Positions 27,228 through 37,729 of a DNA stretch of 64,000 bases are shown in pieces (position 1 is the stretch's first letter; the number at the start of each line of letters is the position of its first letter). Below the pieces are notes generated by a model, which worked only from the letters and a program-made list of their open reading frames with translations, was not told the origin of the DNA and ran no database searches. Location: sequence record OP558005.1, one strand, 5' to 3'. Made by a program: the position numbers and the translations under genes. This DNA comes from Klebsiella phage vB_KpnM_VPA32.

Positions 27228-27664
27228 TTTGCCTCTTCGTAGTTTTTCTTCATACAACGTTTAAATGCTTCATATTGGCCAGAAGACCTGAAGTTTTCAA
27301 ATGCGTTGATATTTTTGCGGGTAGGATTATTATACATTGTTTGATATAAAGCAGCACCATGTGCTTCAATGACAAACTGACATTTACGAGCAGCTACTCG
27401 CTTTTCATAAGTAGCGTCAAGTTCTCGCTGCTTTTTCATAACGCGCGCTTGGTCACGAGCGATAAGGTCATTAGCCTGCTGCTGAGCAAGATACTCTTCG
27501 CCTTCACGAATAGAAGACTGCTTGACCTGCGGAGTTGAACGAGCATACACCAGACCAGTGCCGCCTACATACTTAACTTGCCCTACAGTACTAGCATGAA
27601 CAGTGTCTCCTTGATAAGCACAACCTGCCAGTAACATAGCAGCAGCTACTGCTAAAAATTTCAT
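27224..27664 (-). CDS. lipoprotein (sits where T4 has imm)
   Basis: MKFLAVAAAMLLAGCAYQG signal peptide plus lipobox. Confidence 0.55.
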   Translation of the reverse strand: MKFLAVAAAMLLAGCAYQGDTVHASTVGQVKYVGGTGLVYARSTPQVKQSSIREGEEYLAQQQANDLIARDQARVMKKQRELDATYEKRVAARKCQFVIEAHGAALYQTMYNNPTRKNINAFENFRSSGQYEAFKRCMKKNYEEAK

Positions 27665-27674
27665 TTCAATATCC

Positions 27675-27899
27675 TCATTTGTGAGTTACAAGTTTATAAG
27701 TCCAATCACTTTCATCTTCACGATAGATGTTAACGATAGAAGTCTCTTTGAGCTTAGCTCGCAGATTCTTTTCAGTAATTTCAGTGCCATCATCAAAGAA
27801 AATCTTATCAGCACCACCAGCACTCAGGAAGTAAAAAGTGCTTCTGAGATTGAACTTCAGTACTGGAATGTAGCTGTCGTCAGTGATTGAGTAAATCAT
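27675..27899 (-). CDS. hypothetical protein
   Basis: 74-aa ORF. Confidence 0.4.
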   Translation of the reverse strand: MIYSITDDSYIPVLKFNLRSTFYFLSAGGADKIFFDDGTEITEKNLRAKLKETSIVNIYREDESDWTYKLVTHK

Positions 27900-27958
27900 T
27901 TTATTCTCCTTTGTGTATAGAAGAATTATACCACATCCATGTGGTAATGTACAATGCT

Positions 27959-30667
27959 TTAGAAATCAAACATATTGTCTAAAGATGCTTTTTCTTCATA
28001 GTCCAATCCAGAAGCTTCTGACATACCAGCAAGAGGCTTAACGAAAGACTTTTGGAACAAAGTCGTATAGTCCAACCAAGCCAGAACATCTTGACGAATT
28101 TCCTGTGGAAGTTCAGTACCTGATGGCCAGGCGATACACTTGTCACCGAATGGGTTACCCTGACGAAGTGGAAGAACCATCACCTTGTTACCCTCGAGAA
28201 TCGGAGTGACAGAGAATCCTGCCGTTGCACGATTATAAGTCAGTGCACCACGAACGTGATACGGGCATTTTGGACCAGGGAAACCATTATCGTCATATTT
28301 ACCAATGTCATTGCAAGTTTTAACTTCTGCAATAACTTTGTAGTCCAGCTGACGATATTCCTTCTCAAACTGTTTGTAGTATTCTTGCAGTGATTCTTCG
28401 CCTTCTTGAACCATACGACGAATACTTTCTTCCAGCGCTTTCTGAACCGCTTTTGGAGTAGAAGATTGCTGAGTTTCCATGCCCATAATCTTCAAGTGTG
28501 GTTCAGCATAACGCTTATCTTCCATGTCGTAAACGTTCAGTGCATAACGTTTCTTAGCTTTCCAGAATCCACCACAACCTTTTGAACCAAGCGGTGGACA
28601 CGAAATAGCTTCTCGGTCCATATGCATGAGGTGTTCACGGTTATTGAAGTACTCGCACAGTTCACGATAAGCGGTATCAATCATCGGTTCCATTTTCTTC
28701 TTACCGAATTGGTTCATAAATTCAACCACTTCGTCAGTTGTTTTGAAACGTTCAAGACCTACTTTTTCAATAACTTTGTCAACTGAAACATAGATTGAGT
28801 CAGTATCACCTGCTGCGATGAAATCAAATCCTTCGGTTCCACACACTTTATTCAGATACTCGTTAACTTTACGAGCAATCCAACGAATACCTACTTGACC
28901 AAACAGTGTAATCGCAGATGCGTTACGAAGGTCGTAATAACGGAAGTAAATGTTACCCAAAGCACCATAAAGACTGTTGATAAGAATCTTACGGTTCAGC
29001 TGGTTTGTGTTTGCCAGAATAGCAGCAGATTCACAACGAGCCAGCATAGTTTCCAGCACTAACTTAGTGTACTTATTCAGAGACGCTTTCTGTTCGTCAG
29101 TGTACTGAGTGTAACGAGTTTCATCTGGAGTATCAATGTCGCCAAATACGCCAGCAGCTAAAACTTTCTTAATTTCTTCTGCGTTACGCTCTTCTGCGAA
29201 CATCTTTTTCTTCCAATCTTTACGCTGGAAGAACACCTTAGCGATTTCTACCGGGATGACACCTTCAATATCTTTACGATACATCCAACCGTTCGGTGAG
29301 CAAGAATACTCGTCACTTGGACGTGGTGCAGTCTTATTGATATAAGCTTCGATATCATAAAGTTTGAATTGGCCGACAATCGTTTCCGGAGAAATATTCA
29401 CCTGACGAATGATACTCGGATACAGAGATGTTAAGTCAAAACTCATGATGTACTTACGAGCACATGCTAATGGTTCAAATACATATGCACCTGGATAGCT
29501 TTGCTTGATATGACGCTTACCTTGAGGAACAACTTTGTTCTGTTCTTTCAGGGAGTTAAAGATAATTGCGTCCCAAGTTTTAATCGGAGACATTACGCCA
29601 CCGAATGGCATCTTGGCATAATAAGACATACTAAGTGCCAGGTCAATGAATCCACGAACTCGGTCAATACCACCTACGGACTCAACGTCCATAATGTTAT
29701 AGCTAATGTATCGTTGGTGATTTGTTTCACGAAGTTTGTTAATTGGACCATCGTATGGCAACTTACCACGTTTAGTCTCGTACAGAGCGATGTAGTCCAA
29801 GTTATAAGTTGGTTGGTTCGTGAATGAATACTTCTTGTACAAATCCATGTAATCCAGAATTGTTACACCATCAATGCTGAATACTTCTTTTTCACCGTAC
29901 ATGTTCTGAATGAGTTTTGAATTCACTCGATTGATTGGAGAGAATCGTTTCATTGTACGTTCACCCAACACATTCTTAACACGGTTCATGATGTATGGAA
30001 TATCGAAGCCTTCAATGTTCCAGCCTGTGAAAATTGCTGGACGCTTTTGTTCCCAGAGATTGATGTATTCCAGAAGAAGTTCTTTCTCTGAATAGAACGG
30101 CATGTACACTACGCGGTCAAGAATATGTTGTGGAACTTCATCACCACCTTCTTTATCGCTTCGTGCTGCTAGCTTCACGTCCCATTCTGAAACTGAACCA
30201 TACAGAGAATCCAGTAAGTCGAAAACGTAGAACTTATCATCGATTGAATCATAATGAGTGATTGCATCGATTTCGTACATAGCTTTCATTGGGTCTGGGA
30301 ATTTGTCACCTGTAACTTCGATGTCACAGTTCGCTACGCGGATAAATTTCTTATCATAGACAATTTCAGAACCATAAGTGTCGGAGATATAAGCGAGTTT
30401 GAAGTCATCCATACCCATGGCTTCAAGACCGATATCTTCCATACGACGAATCCAATCACGAGCATCTTTCATGGTTGGGAATGTGTTCTTGACGCATGGT
30501 TTCCCATAGATATCAAAGAACTTTGTCTTCACACCTTGTTGGGCGTGAGAAAACATCGTTGGAGAATATTCAACTCGTCGTTGACGTTCTACACCATTTG
30601 AGTCAATATAACGTTCAATGATGTCATTACCTGCGGTTTCAATAGAGATATAAAATTCTTGTGCCAT
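27959..30667 (-). CDS. 43: DNA polymerase gp43 (family B, with 3'-5' exonuclease)
   Basis: 902 aa; colinear with T4 gp43 (EFYISIET, DIEVTGDKFPDP, SLYPSII, DTDS, KKRYA). Confidence 0.95.
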   Translation of the reverse strand: MAQEFYISIETAGNDIIERYIDSNGVERQRRVEYSPTMFSHAQQGVKTKFFDIYGKPCVKNTFPTMKDARDWIRRMEDIGLEAMGMDDFKLAYISDTYGSEIVYDKKFIRVANCDIEVTGDKFPDPMKAMYEIDAITHYDSIDDKFYVFDLLDSLYGSVSEWDVKLAARSDKEGGDEVPQHILDRVVYMPFYSEKELLLEYINLWEQKRPAIFTGWNIEGFDIPYIMNRVKNVLGERTMKRFSPINRVNSKLIQNMYGEKEVFSIDGVTILDYMDLYKKYSFTNQPTYNLDYIALYETKRGKLPYDGPINKLRETNHQRYISYNIMDVESVGGIDRVRGFIDLALSMSYYAKMPFGGVMSPIKTWDAIIFNSLKEQNKVVPQGKRHIKQSYPGAYVFEPLACARKYIMSFDLTSLYPSIIRQVNISPETIVGQFKLYDIEAYINKTAPRPSDEYSCSPNGWMYRKDIEGVIPVEIAKVFFQRKDWKKKMFAEERNAEEIKKVLAAGVFGDIDTPDETRYTQYTDEQKASLNKYTKLVLETMLARCESAAILANTNQLNRKILINSLYGALGNIYFRYYDLRNASAITLFGQVGIRWIARKVNEYLNKVCGTEGFDFIAAGDTDSIYVSVDKVIEKVGLERFKTTDEVVEFMNQFGKKKMEPMIDTAYRELCEYFNNREHLMHMDREAISCPPLGSKGCGGFWKAKKRYALNVYDMEDKRYAEPHLKIMGMETQQSSTPKAVQKALEESIRRMVQEGEESLQEYYKQFEKEYRQLDYKVIAEVKTCNDIGKYDDNGFPGPKCPYHVRGALTYNRATAGFSVTPILEGNKVMVLPLRQGNPFGDKCIAWPSGTELPQEIRQDVLAWLDYTTLFQKSFVKPLAGMSEASGLDYEEKASLDNMFDF

Positions 30668-30718
30668 GAGTTTCCTTAGTTTTTCCTATAGACCGAGTGA
30701 TTGGTCTTTGGTGTGTCT

Positions 30719-30743
30719 ATTATACTCCGCTCTGCCGATAGCA
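30719..30743 (-). promoter_or_regulatory. MotA-type middle promoter upstream of gene 43
   Basis: TTTCTGCTAT then 13 nt then TATAAT, directly after the UUCG hairpin. Confidence 0.45.
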
Positions 30744-30744
30744 G

Positions 30745-30765
30745 AAAGGGCCCGAAGGCCCTCTT
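30745..30765 (-). terminator. UUCG-tetraloop hairpin (terminator or RNA-stability element) before gene 43
   Basis: Identical GGGCC-UUCG-GGCCC followed by UUUCUGCU. Confidence 0.5.
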
Positions 30766-30962
30766 TAGATTTGTGCAGCTTCGTATTGAACTACGCCTTC
30801 TTCGTCTTTCCAATACGCCATGAAAGCGTAACCATCAGGATAAACTCGTTTTCCGTCTGGAGTCATGGCAGCACGAAGTTGTTCTTTTTGACGTTCAATT
30901 TGTTCTTCTTTAGTACCTTCAAACATTATGCACCTATCGTGTATTTTGATTTGAGAGTCCAT
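30765..30962 (-). CDS. hypothetical small protein
   Basis: 65 aa; an internal ATG at 30926 would give TAATG stop-start coupling with regA. Confidence 0.4.
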   Translation of the reverse strand: MDSQIKIHDRCIMFEGTKEEQIERQKEQLRAAMTPDGKRVYPDGYAFMAYWKDEEGVVQYEAAQI

Positions 30963-31291
30963 TCAGATTTCTGCTGGAACGTAATAACGCGGAAGTTATT
31001 CTGCATTTCAGCAAGATGAACATCCGGAGTCACGATATCAAGTAAGCCCCATCCTTGTAATAGTTGGGCAATTGAATCTCGACGGATGTAGTCTTCAGAA
31101 TCAATAGTAACAGGACGACCATCGAGTTTCAACATTTCTTTGAAGTGAACTATGTAGTACTTGCCCTGTTTCTGAAGAATGTGGCAACTTTGATATAGTA
31201 CCTTATCTTTGTTATTAGCAATACCCATACGAGTTAGGGTTTCTTTCACTTTCAGAAAATCTTCAGGTTGTTTCAGAGTAATTTCAATCAT
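30926..31291 (-). CDS. regA: translational repressor RegA
   Basis: 121 aa; MIEITLKQPEDFLKVKETLTRMGIANNKDKVLYQSCHILQK nearly identical to T4 RegA. Confidence 0.92.
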   Translation of the reverse strand: MIEITLKQPEDFLKVKETLTRMGIANNKDKVLYQSCHILQKQGKYYIVHFKEMLKLDGRPVTIDSEDYIRRDSIAQLLQGWGLLDIVTPDVHLAEMQNNFRVITFQQKSEWTLKSKYTIGA

Positions 31292-31292
31292 T

Positions 31293-31856
31293 TTACCATT
31301 CCAATGCTAATTTTTTAAGTTGCTTTTGTTCTTTCACGTTTTTGGTAATGCTTTTGACCAGCTCATCAGTCACTGTACCTTTAAGACGTTTTAATGTCTC
31401 AGACAGTTTATTTTTGTTGGCTAGAGTCACTCTATAACGCTCAGCGTCATTGATATTGATTGTATAATGATTCATCAATACTTTCAGAACAAGTGTCTCC
31501 TGGGCGCTCTCGTTTAACTTAGCCCATTTACCAAAACGACGTCCACGAGGAACAGCCGCTTTCAGATAATTGAAGTGAGCTTCATCTGACAAGCCAGAAC
31601 CAACTAAATTCATCACATAAACTGATGGCATACATTCTGGAAATTGAGATAGAGCATTTTCTACCATGAACTTCGAATAATCACGAGTTCCGATTGAGAT
31701 ATCTTTCTTCTCGTTAATTGCACCGATTATTGCGAAGAATTCATTTTCTGCTGTTTCTTTGAAAGTATCAGAGAGACGTTTAATCTCCGCCTCATCTTTA
31801 CTATACCAAGCAATCTGGTGTTCGTTCAGCTGAACGTCATCTTCGAATAAACTCAT
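31293..31856 (-). CDS. 62: clamp loader small subunit gp62
   Basis: 187 aa, same length and position as T4 gp62. Confidence 0.8.
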   Translation of the reverse strand: MSLFEDDVQLNEHQIAWYSKDEAEIKRLSDTFKETAENEFFAIIGAINEKKDISIGTRDYSKFMVENALSQFPECMPSVYVMNLVGSGLSDEAHFNYLKAAVPRGRRFGKWAKLNESAQETLVLKVLMNHYTININDAERYRVTLANKNKLSETLKRLKGTVTDELVKSITKNVKEQKQLKKLALEW

Positions 31857-32812
31857 TTGAATTGCATCTCTACTACAAGTTGCATGAACATATAAGTTAT
31901 GTGCAGTTCAGTTGAAGCTGCTACACCATGATATTGATTGTTCTCACCGACAATCTCATACATCCTGATGATACTTGCTTTATCAACTTTCGTGTAAAGC
32001 TCATTAGCGAGTTTTTCAATGAACCAAGAATAATTGACCGCATACTTAGGAGCTAGTGCACGAAGTTGTTTAACATCTTTTGATTTCAGTGCATCAATAA
32101 CATCACTGATATCACCAGAAGTTTTTGTCACCAAATCCAAAATTCCCGAGTCAATAACACCCTTGGAAGAATAATGGTCCAAATCACCAATCGTCTTACG
32201 AAAATCTGGGAAGTTCTTGTTAACCAAAGCCGCAATGACTTTAAGGTCTTCAACCTTGATATTTTCATTTTTGCAGATTTCTACACAACGACGAATCATC
32301 TCTTTCATCATGTTGCGTTTATCGTCATCAGTTGCTTGACCAAATTTGATAACGCGGCAACGAGATTGAAGTGGTTCAATGATACCATCAATGTTGTTAG
32401 CTGTAATGATGATTGTACAGTTGCTCGAGTAAGCTTCCATGAAAGAACGTAAGTGACGTTGCGATTCAGCAAGACCTGAACGGTCAAATTCATCAATCAC
32501 AATAACTTTCTGCTTACCAGATAATGAAGCAGCTGTTGCAAAGTTTGTCAGCGGTCCACGTACGAAATCAATCTTACAATCTGAACCATTAACGAACATC
32601 ATTTCAACACCAACGTCGTTACAAAGTGCTTTTGCTAAAGTAGTTTTGCCTGTACCTGGAGATGCAGATACCAAAATCATATGAGGGATGGTGCCTTTCT
32701 TGATGATAGCATCAAATACTTGGCGGTCAAATTCCGGAAGAATACATTCCGAAATTGATTGTGGGCGATATTTTTGTTCGAAGATGTGTTCTTTTTCGTT
32801 AATGCTTAACAT
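31853..32812 (-). CDS. 44: clamp loader large subunit gp44 (AAA+)
   Basis: 319 aa; SPGTGKTT Walker A, VIVIDEFD Walker B. Confidence 0.9.
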   Translation of the reverse strand: MLSINEKEHIFEQKYRPQSISECILPEFDRQVFDAIIKKGTIPHMILVSASPGTGKTTLAKALCNDVGVEMMFVNGSDCKIDFVRGPLTNFATAASLSGKQKVIVIDEFDRSGLAESQRHLRSFMEAYSSNCTIIITANNIDGIIEPLQSRCRVIKFGQATDDDKRNMMKEMIRRCVEICKNENIKVEDLKVIAALVNKNFPDFRKTIGDLDHYSSKGVIDSGILDLVTKTSGDISDVIDALKSKDVKQLRALAPKYAVNYSWFIEKLANELYTKVDKASIIRMYEIVGENNQYHGVAASTELHITYMFMQLVVEMQFK

Positions 32813-32871
32813 AATTTCCTCATATTGAATTAATCAAATCATTGGATGGTCCGAAGACCATCCTATCACAA

Positions 32872-33558
32872 TTAGAAATCGTGAGTACTATCTGCTTCCA
32901 TTGCTACTACATAACTTGCGTGTTCACCTTCGAACTTAGCAGCAGTTTTCTTACCCTGTGCCCAGAGCAGCAGTTTATAATCGGCAGGCTGCATCTTCAT
33001 GTTACCCATATTGATAACAAAGTTGAAGTTATTCGTGCCGTCATAATCACCGAGAGTCAGAGAATATTTGGTACGAACCAGAGCAGAATCTTCTACCTTA
33101 TTGAAACCGTTCAGAACAATCTTACCATCTTTATTAGTGATGGTGATTGTGTCAATCTGCAGACCACGAGATACTCGCATCAGCTGTTGCAAGTCTTCAG
33201 ATTTGAAGTCAACGATAACAGAAGCAACCGGGAATGGAATTGGCTTGCTTGGGAATACGATAGTGCTTGGGTCAGCTGCTGGCCAGAAAATGGTTGAACG
33301 AGCATCGGCAATTTTGATGTTACCGTCATCAGCCAGAGAAATTTCTGCATCTTCATTAACCAGAGACAGAATACCAAGGAAGCCGTTCAGTTCATAAATC
33401 GCAACTTCAAAATCAATCTCGTCGGCGATAGTTGCTTCAGCATAAGTTGTACCATTAACTGCACGAGTCATGATGAACTTACCAGGTTTCAGCATAATAC
33501 CAGAGTTGATGGTAGAGAAGTTTTTCAGAATATTCAGAGTATCTTTAGACAGTTTCAT
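32872..33558 (-). CDS. 45: sliding clamp gp45
   Basis: 228 aa, same as T4 gp45; position between 44 and rpbA. Confidence 0.85.
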   Translation of the reverse strand: MKLSKDTLNILKNFSTINSGIMLKPGKFIMTRAVNGTTYAEATIADEIDFEVAIYELNGFLGILSLVNEDAEISLADDGNIKIADARSTIFWPAADPSTIVFPSKPIPFPVASVIVDFKSEDLQQLMRVSRGLQIDTITITNKDGKIVLNGFNKVEDSALVRTKYSLTLGDYDGTNNFNFVINMGNMKMQPADYKLLLWAQGKKTAAKFEGEHASYVVAMEADSTHDF

Positions 33559-33566
33559 GTTTTTCC

Positions 33567-33986
33567 TTAGTTCAATTCAATTTCAGATGATTCAGATTTT
33601 ACAACAAATGGAGCGAAGCTATCATAAACTTCTTGAGCAACGATTTCAGCAGCTACCAACAGCTGTTCATCAGCGTTAGTACAGAATTCGTCTTCCAGAC
33701 GTTCACCACCGACCTTATCGAGAATAACTTTAGCGCCGGCTTTAATTGAACGGTCATAGTGCTTACGCATTACTTCAATCCACTTTTCAGAGATTGAATT
33801 ATCAATAGAAGAGTAATAAGCGAAACGAACTTCAGAATCTGGCAGTTTGCGTTTAATAGCTTCTTTAATTTCTTCAGGCAGCATCAGAACCCATGCTCGA
33901 CGGATTTTATTCTGATTGTTAGGATTGGAGTCAGTACGTACGTTTTTAGGTTGGATTTCTTTAACATCAGTAACGATATTCAGCAT
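33567..33986 (-). CDS. rpbA: RNA polymerase-binding protein RpbA (by position)
   Basis: 139 aa, between 45 and 46 as in T4. Confidence 0.5.
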   Translation of the reverse strand: MLNIVTDVKEIQPKNVRTDSNPNNQNKIRRAWVLMLPEEIKEAIKRKLPDSEVRFAYYSSIDNSISEKWIEVMRKHYDRSIKAGAKVILDKVGGERLEDEFCTNADEQLLVAAEIVAQEVYDSFAPFVVKSESSEIELN

Positions 33987-33995
33987 ATTATTTTC

Positions 33996-34187
33996 TCATT
34001 CAAAAAATTCAGAAACTGTCCAAGCAGGATGCCTGTTGGAAGATATTTTATCATAGTCTTTACCGAAAGCATCTTTTAAATGCTGTTCAGTAACGATATG
34101 TTCTTCACCAGAAAAATTATTAGTGAGAACATATCTTTTAAGTTCAGGGAACGTTAGTAACTCGTTCCCGGTTGCGTATTGTTTCAT
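33996..34187 (-). CDS. hypothetical protein
   Basis: 63-aa ORF coupled to gene 46. Confidence 0.4.
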   Translation of the reverse strand: MKQYATGNELLTFPELKRYVLTNNFSGEEHIVTEQHLKDAFGKDYDKISSNRHPAWTVSEFFE

Positions 34188-35872
34188 TCCAGTACCGTAA
34201 AGCGACCAACTTTCTTCATTTGAAGATGTTGACCGTATGCTTGAGGGTCATGGTCTCGGTGAGAAATTATAAAAATATTTGAATTTGGCATTTTACTAAG
34301 AATGTTATTAATTGCTTTAACACCCTCAGCGTCAGTGGCGGAGTCAAAGATTTCGTCTAAGAACAGACAGCTTATTTTAACACCAGATACCAATTCAGCA
34401 ATATCGCGCCATGTGAATAACAACGCAATATCAATACGAGCTTTCTCGCCTTGACTGAAAGAGTTATAACTAAACTCTTCACGTCCTCGGGATTTAATCG
34501 TTTCGTTGAACTCTTCATTCAACGTAAAGACGTAATCCGCATCCATTATCTTCAAGTACGTATTAATCTGCTTATTGAACAGAGGAATGTACTTCTTAAT
34601 GATTGCGCCTTTAATACCAGAATCCTTGAACATTTCCGTAAGAATACCACGTTGATATTTTTCCATAACGATGTTGGATTTGGTATCAACTATTTTATTC
34701 AATTCTTCTGTAAGCGTTTTAATTTCATCAGAATAATCAATAAATTCTTCAGCTGCTTTATCAATAGCTGCTTTAATTTTGCGAATTCGTTCTACTGATG
34801 CTTTGAGTTCTTCAGTTTTTGAATTAATCTGAGTTTTGATATCACGAGCTCTACGCCTGACAGCTTCGAATTCAGTCTGGGACGCCTGAAGATTCTCTAG
34901 ATGTGTTTTTAACTCAGCATGTTTGATATTACATTCATCAACTTTAGAATTAATCTGGCCGATTAGAGTGTCACTGGCGTGTAAATCCTGCAAACACGTA
35001 GGACAGTGTCCACCTTTATCATACAATGACAAAACTTTTGTATAAGACTCGATACGGTTAAGGATAGTTATTCCAGCCATTTGAGTCTTCTGAATTCCTT
35101 CAGATACATCATCTTCTTCGCCAATCACAATGTTAGCAAGATTAGCATTCAATTCATCAATCACACCACGAATAGATTTAGCGTCAGCAAGAGATTCTTC
35201 ATACATCGTTTTCCAACGTGCAACGTTTTCTCCAGAAAGTTTCTTTTGCTTCTCTATGTTTTCTTCATAGATTTTGATTTGTTGCTGAATTCCATCTTTC
35301 TTGGCATCAAGAACTTGAACCTGAGAATTCAATTCTCTGACAAGAGCTTTATTCAACTTGTCCATTTCAGCGATAATTGAAACTTCTAATAAGTCTTCGA
35401 CAAGTTTTCTCCGAGCGGGTGTACTAAGACCCATAAACGGAGTGTAGCCCGCTGTTCCGAGTACCACGACTTGTTTGAAACTCGTGTACGACATTCCAAT
35501 GAGTTCTTCGAAATAACTTTGGAAGTCTTTAACTGAAGCCGCTTCATCAAGCTTAGCACCGTCGCGTTCAATTTCAAAGACATTTGGTTTCTGCCCACGT
35601 TTGATGTAATACGAATGACCGTCATATTCCATCCACAATTCGCAGAGCAATCCTTTCTTATTTGTGGAATTGATTAATTGGCCTTTCTTGAAATCACGGA
35701 ATGGTTTACCAAACAATGCGAACGTAATCGCTTCAAGCATTGTACTTTTACCGGCACCATTCTTACCAGTGATTAGTGTCTTGTGAACTTTATCAAGTTG
35801 AATATCAATGGGCTGACCGCCCACTGACATAATGTTCTGATACTTGACTCGGTTCAATTTAAAAATCTTCAT
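34184..35872 (-). CDS. 46: recombination nuclease subunit gp46 (SbcC/Rad50-like ATPase)
   Basis: 562 aa; GKNGAGKST Walker A, long coiled-coil with CPTC zinc hook, LFLDE Walker B. Confidence 0.9.
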   Translation of the reverse strand: MKIFKLNRVKYQNIMSVGGQPIDIQLDKVHKTLITGKNGAGKSTMLEAITFALFGKPFRDFKKGQLINSTNKKGLLCELWMEYDGHSYYIKRGQKPNVFEIERDGAKLDEAASVKDFQSYFEELIGMSYTSFKQVVVLGTAGYTPFMGLSTPARRKLVEDLLEVSIIAEMDKLNKALVRELNSQVQVLDAKKDGIQQQIKIYEENIEKQKKLSGENVARWKTMYEESLADAKSIRGVIDELNANLANIVIGEEDDVSEGIQKTQMAGITILNRIESYTKVLSLYDKGGHCPTCLQDLHASDTLIGQINSKVDECNIKHAELKTHLENLQASQTEFEAVRRRARDIKTQINSKTEELKASVERIRKIKAAIDKAAEEFIDYSDEIKTLTEELNKIVDTKSNIVMEKYQRGILTEMFKDSGIKGAIIKKYIPLFNKQINTYLKIMDADYVFTLNEEFNETIKSRGREEFSYNSFSQGEKARIDIALLFTWRDIAELVSGVKISCLFLDEIFDSATDAEGVKAINNILSKMPNSNIFIISHRDHDPQAYGQHLQMKKVGRFTVLE

Positions 35873-36891
35873 TGATTCTGAGCCTCAACATAAAGAGCTT
35901 GTGCAAATTTTTTCAATGCAGCGTTATCAGTTGGAGATAAGTCTTCCAATGCATCAATATATTCTGACATCAAATCTAATAAGCTTTTAACTTCAATGTC
36001 TTCTTCATCGTCAGATTCAACTGAATTGTCAATCTTAGAAACCATGCGTAGTTCATGAACTACTTTTTCGAGTTCAGTTTCAAACTTCGTGATGTCTTTA
36101 TCAACATCAGTGACAATTACTCGGACTGAAAGATTTTTGTAGTCGTTGTAATCAATCTTACCAGTGAATGGATATTGAAGTCTTACATGCCAGGTGGTTT
36201 CGTTTGGCACAAAATCCATACTTTCCGTTGCGGTATCGAAAATCCAGAATCCGCGAGGGTCGTTCTCGTCACCTGCTGTAAGGGTCCAGGGAGTGCCGAT
36301 ATACTTAACATTGGCAGCAGAGGATATAGTATGGAAATGCCCTGACCACACTTGCTTATATGACTTAAGGAAATCTGGCTCGAGACCATGAGATTTTAAA
36401 CCTTTGTAGTAATAGAAGCCATTAAGCTCCCAGTGTCCAATACAATACTCTGCAGATGATTCTTTTACGTGCTTCATAATAGAAGCTACGTTTTCATCGC
36501 ATAACCATGGAATTAGGTCAATTAAGCACCCATCAAAATCTACTGTAGTCGGCACATCATAAATTTTGATGTGATTGTATTTACCAAGAATCTCTGTAAT
36601 AGCATTTGGATGAATTTTATTCTTCAGGTTCATGTCATGGTTACCAATGATGGTGTGCATAACAATACCTTCGCTCTCAAGAAGTTCAGCTATTTCACGA
36701 GCAAATTCCATAGTTTTGTGTGTAATTGCTTTACGGACATCAAAAATATCTCCGTATTGAATCCACACTTTAATTCCATGCTTCTTTGAATATTCAATTT
36801 TTTGACGAATACCATCACGTTGAATATTTTGGAGCCATGGGTCATCACCCTTTACTCCCAGGTGCCAGTCACCCGTATGCAATATTTTCAT
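35869..36891 (-). CDS. 47: recombination nuclease subunit gp47 (SbcD/Mre11-like phosphoesterase)
   Basis: 340 aa; MKILHTGDWHLG, GNHD calcineurin-like motifs. Confidence 0.9.
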   Translation of the reverse strand: MKILHTGDWHLGVKGDDPWLQNIQRDGIRQKIEYSKKHGIKVWIQYGDIFDVRKAITHKTMEFAREIAELLESEGIVMHTIIGNHDMNLKNKIHPNAITEILGKYNHIKIYDVPTTVDFDGCLIDLIPWLCDENVASIMKHVKESSAEYCIGHWELNGFYYYKGLKSHGLEPDFLKSYKQVWSGHFHTISSAANVKYIGTPWTLTAGDENDPRGFWIFDTATESMDFVPNETTWHVRLQYPFTGKIDYNDYKNLSVRVIVTDVDKDITKFETELEKVVHELRMVSKIDNSVESDDEEDIEVKSLLDLMSEYIDALEDLSPTDNAALKKFAQALYVEAQNQ

Positions 36892-36908
36892 ATTTCACCT
36901 CTGAGGAC

Positions 36909-36933
36909 ATTATATTCCATACTCCAGAAAGCA
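36909..36933 (-). promoter_or_regulatory. MotA-type middle promoter upstream of gene 47
   Basis: TTTCTGCTTTC (good MotA box) then 13 nt then TATAAT, directly after the UUCG hairpin. Confidence 0.5.
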
Positions 36934-36935
36934 GA

Positions 36936-36953
36936 AAGGGCCCGAAGGCCCTT
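36936..36953 (-). terminator. UUCG-tetraloop hairpin before gene 47
   Basis: Identical GGGCC-UUCG-GGCCC followed by UUUCUGCUUU. Confidence 0.5.
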
Positions 36954-36974
36954 AATTAAAATCCGTCGAATTCA

Positions 36975-37238
36975 TCAAATTTTCTTAACGAGAACATAAC
37001 CCAATTCCTCGGCTAATTTCTTAGCTTCATTGAATTTTTTCAACATTTCAGTTTTTGAATTACGAATGGCTTCATAATCAATTTCCGCTTTAGGCCTTTC
37101 AGATGAATTGCAGATATTACAAAATATCGAACGTTTTGGACCGATATAATTGATACCGCAATCTCTGCATGTGCACATATAATCGCCAGAAGACCAATCT
37201 TGAGGCATACTGCGAGGCAACATTAAAGTTTCCACCAT
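36975..37238 (-). CDS. small zinc-finger protein
   Basis: 87 aa; CTCRDC...CNIC pairs. Confidence 0.45.
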   Translation of the reverse strand: MVETLMLPRSMPQDWSSGDYMCTCRDCGINYIGPKRSIFCNICNSSERPKAEIDYEAIRNSKTEMLKKFNEAKKLAEELGYVLVKKI

Positions 37239-37420
37239 GGTTTAACTTGGAGAGTATCAACCCACACAACTTCTTTAGGAGAAGCTTTTACAGCTGGGCC
37301 TGTACTTCCAAGAACACGATAATGAGTTTCGGATAGTTTTACTGCCATCACTCCATTGGAAACTGACAGAGTAAAACCTGCATTAACTTTTAAACGCTTA
37401 AACGGTTTTTGTACCAGCAT
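37223..37420 (-). CDS. hypothetical protein (short version of ORF 37223..37573)
   Basis: The longer ORF overlaps 37398..37724; trimmed to an internal Met. Confidence 0.25.
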   Translation of the reverse strand: MLVQKPFKRLKVNAGFTLSVSNGVMAVKLSETHYRVLGSTGPAVKASPKEVVWVDTLQVKPWWKL

Positions 37421-37724
37421 TGATGATTTCCCATACTTGTTGGCGTGTAGTCTGCCAGTTAACACGGATGATTTCGTCATTATAAGGTTGTTTGTAAATG
37501 TCACGCAGTTTACAGAGAGCGTACTTATATGCTTCGAAATTATTTTCGAGGACTGCGCCAGCTGCATGGTCATTCAGTCGCTTAATTTCACGACGATTCT
37601 TTTTGAAGATTTTAGTCGCCACAGCATTTGCGCGTCTCTGGCTTTCTTCTTCAATCAAACGTTTAATACGTTCTTCTTCGTTATCGTCGATTTGTTCTAC
37701 GCTGTCAATATTACGTTCGTTCAT
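37398..37724 (-). CDS. hypothetical protein
   Basis: 108-aa charged helical ORF. Confidence 0.45.
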   Translation of the reverse strand: MNERNIDSVEQIDDNEEERIKRLIEEESQRRANAVATKIFKKNRREIKRLNDHAAGAVLENNFEAYKYALCKLRDIYKQPYNDEIIRVNWQTTRQQVWEIINAGTKTV

Positions 37725-37729
37725 TTGAC

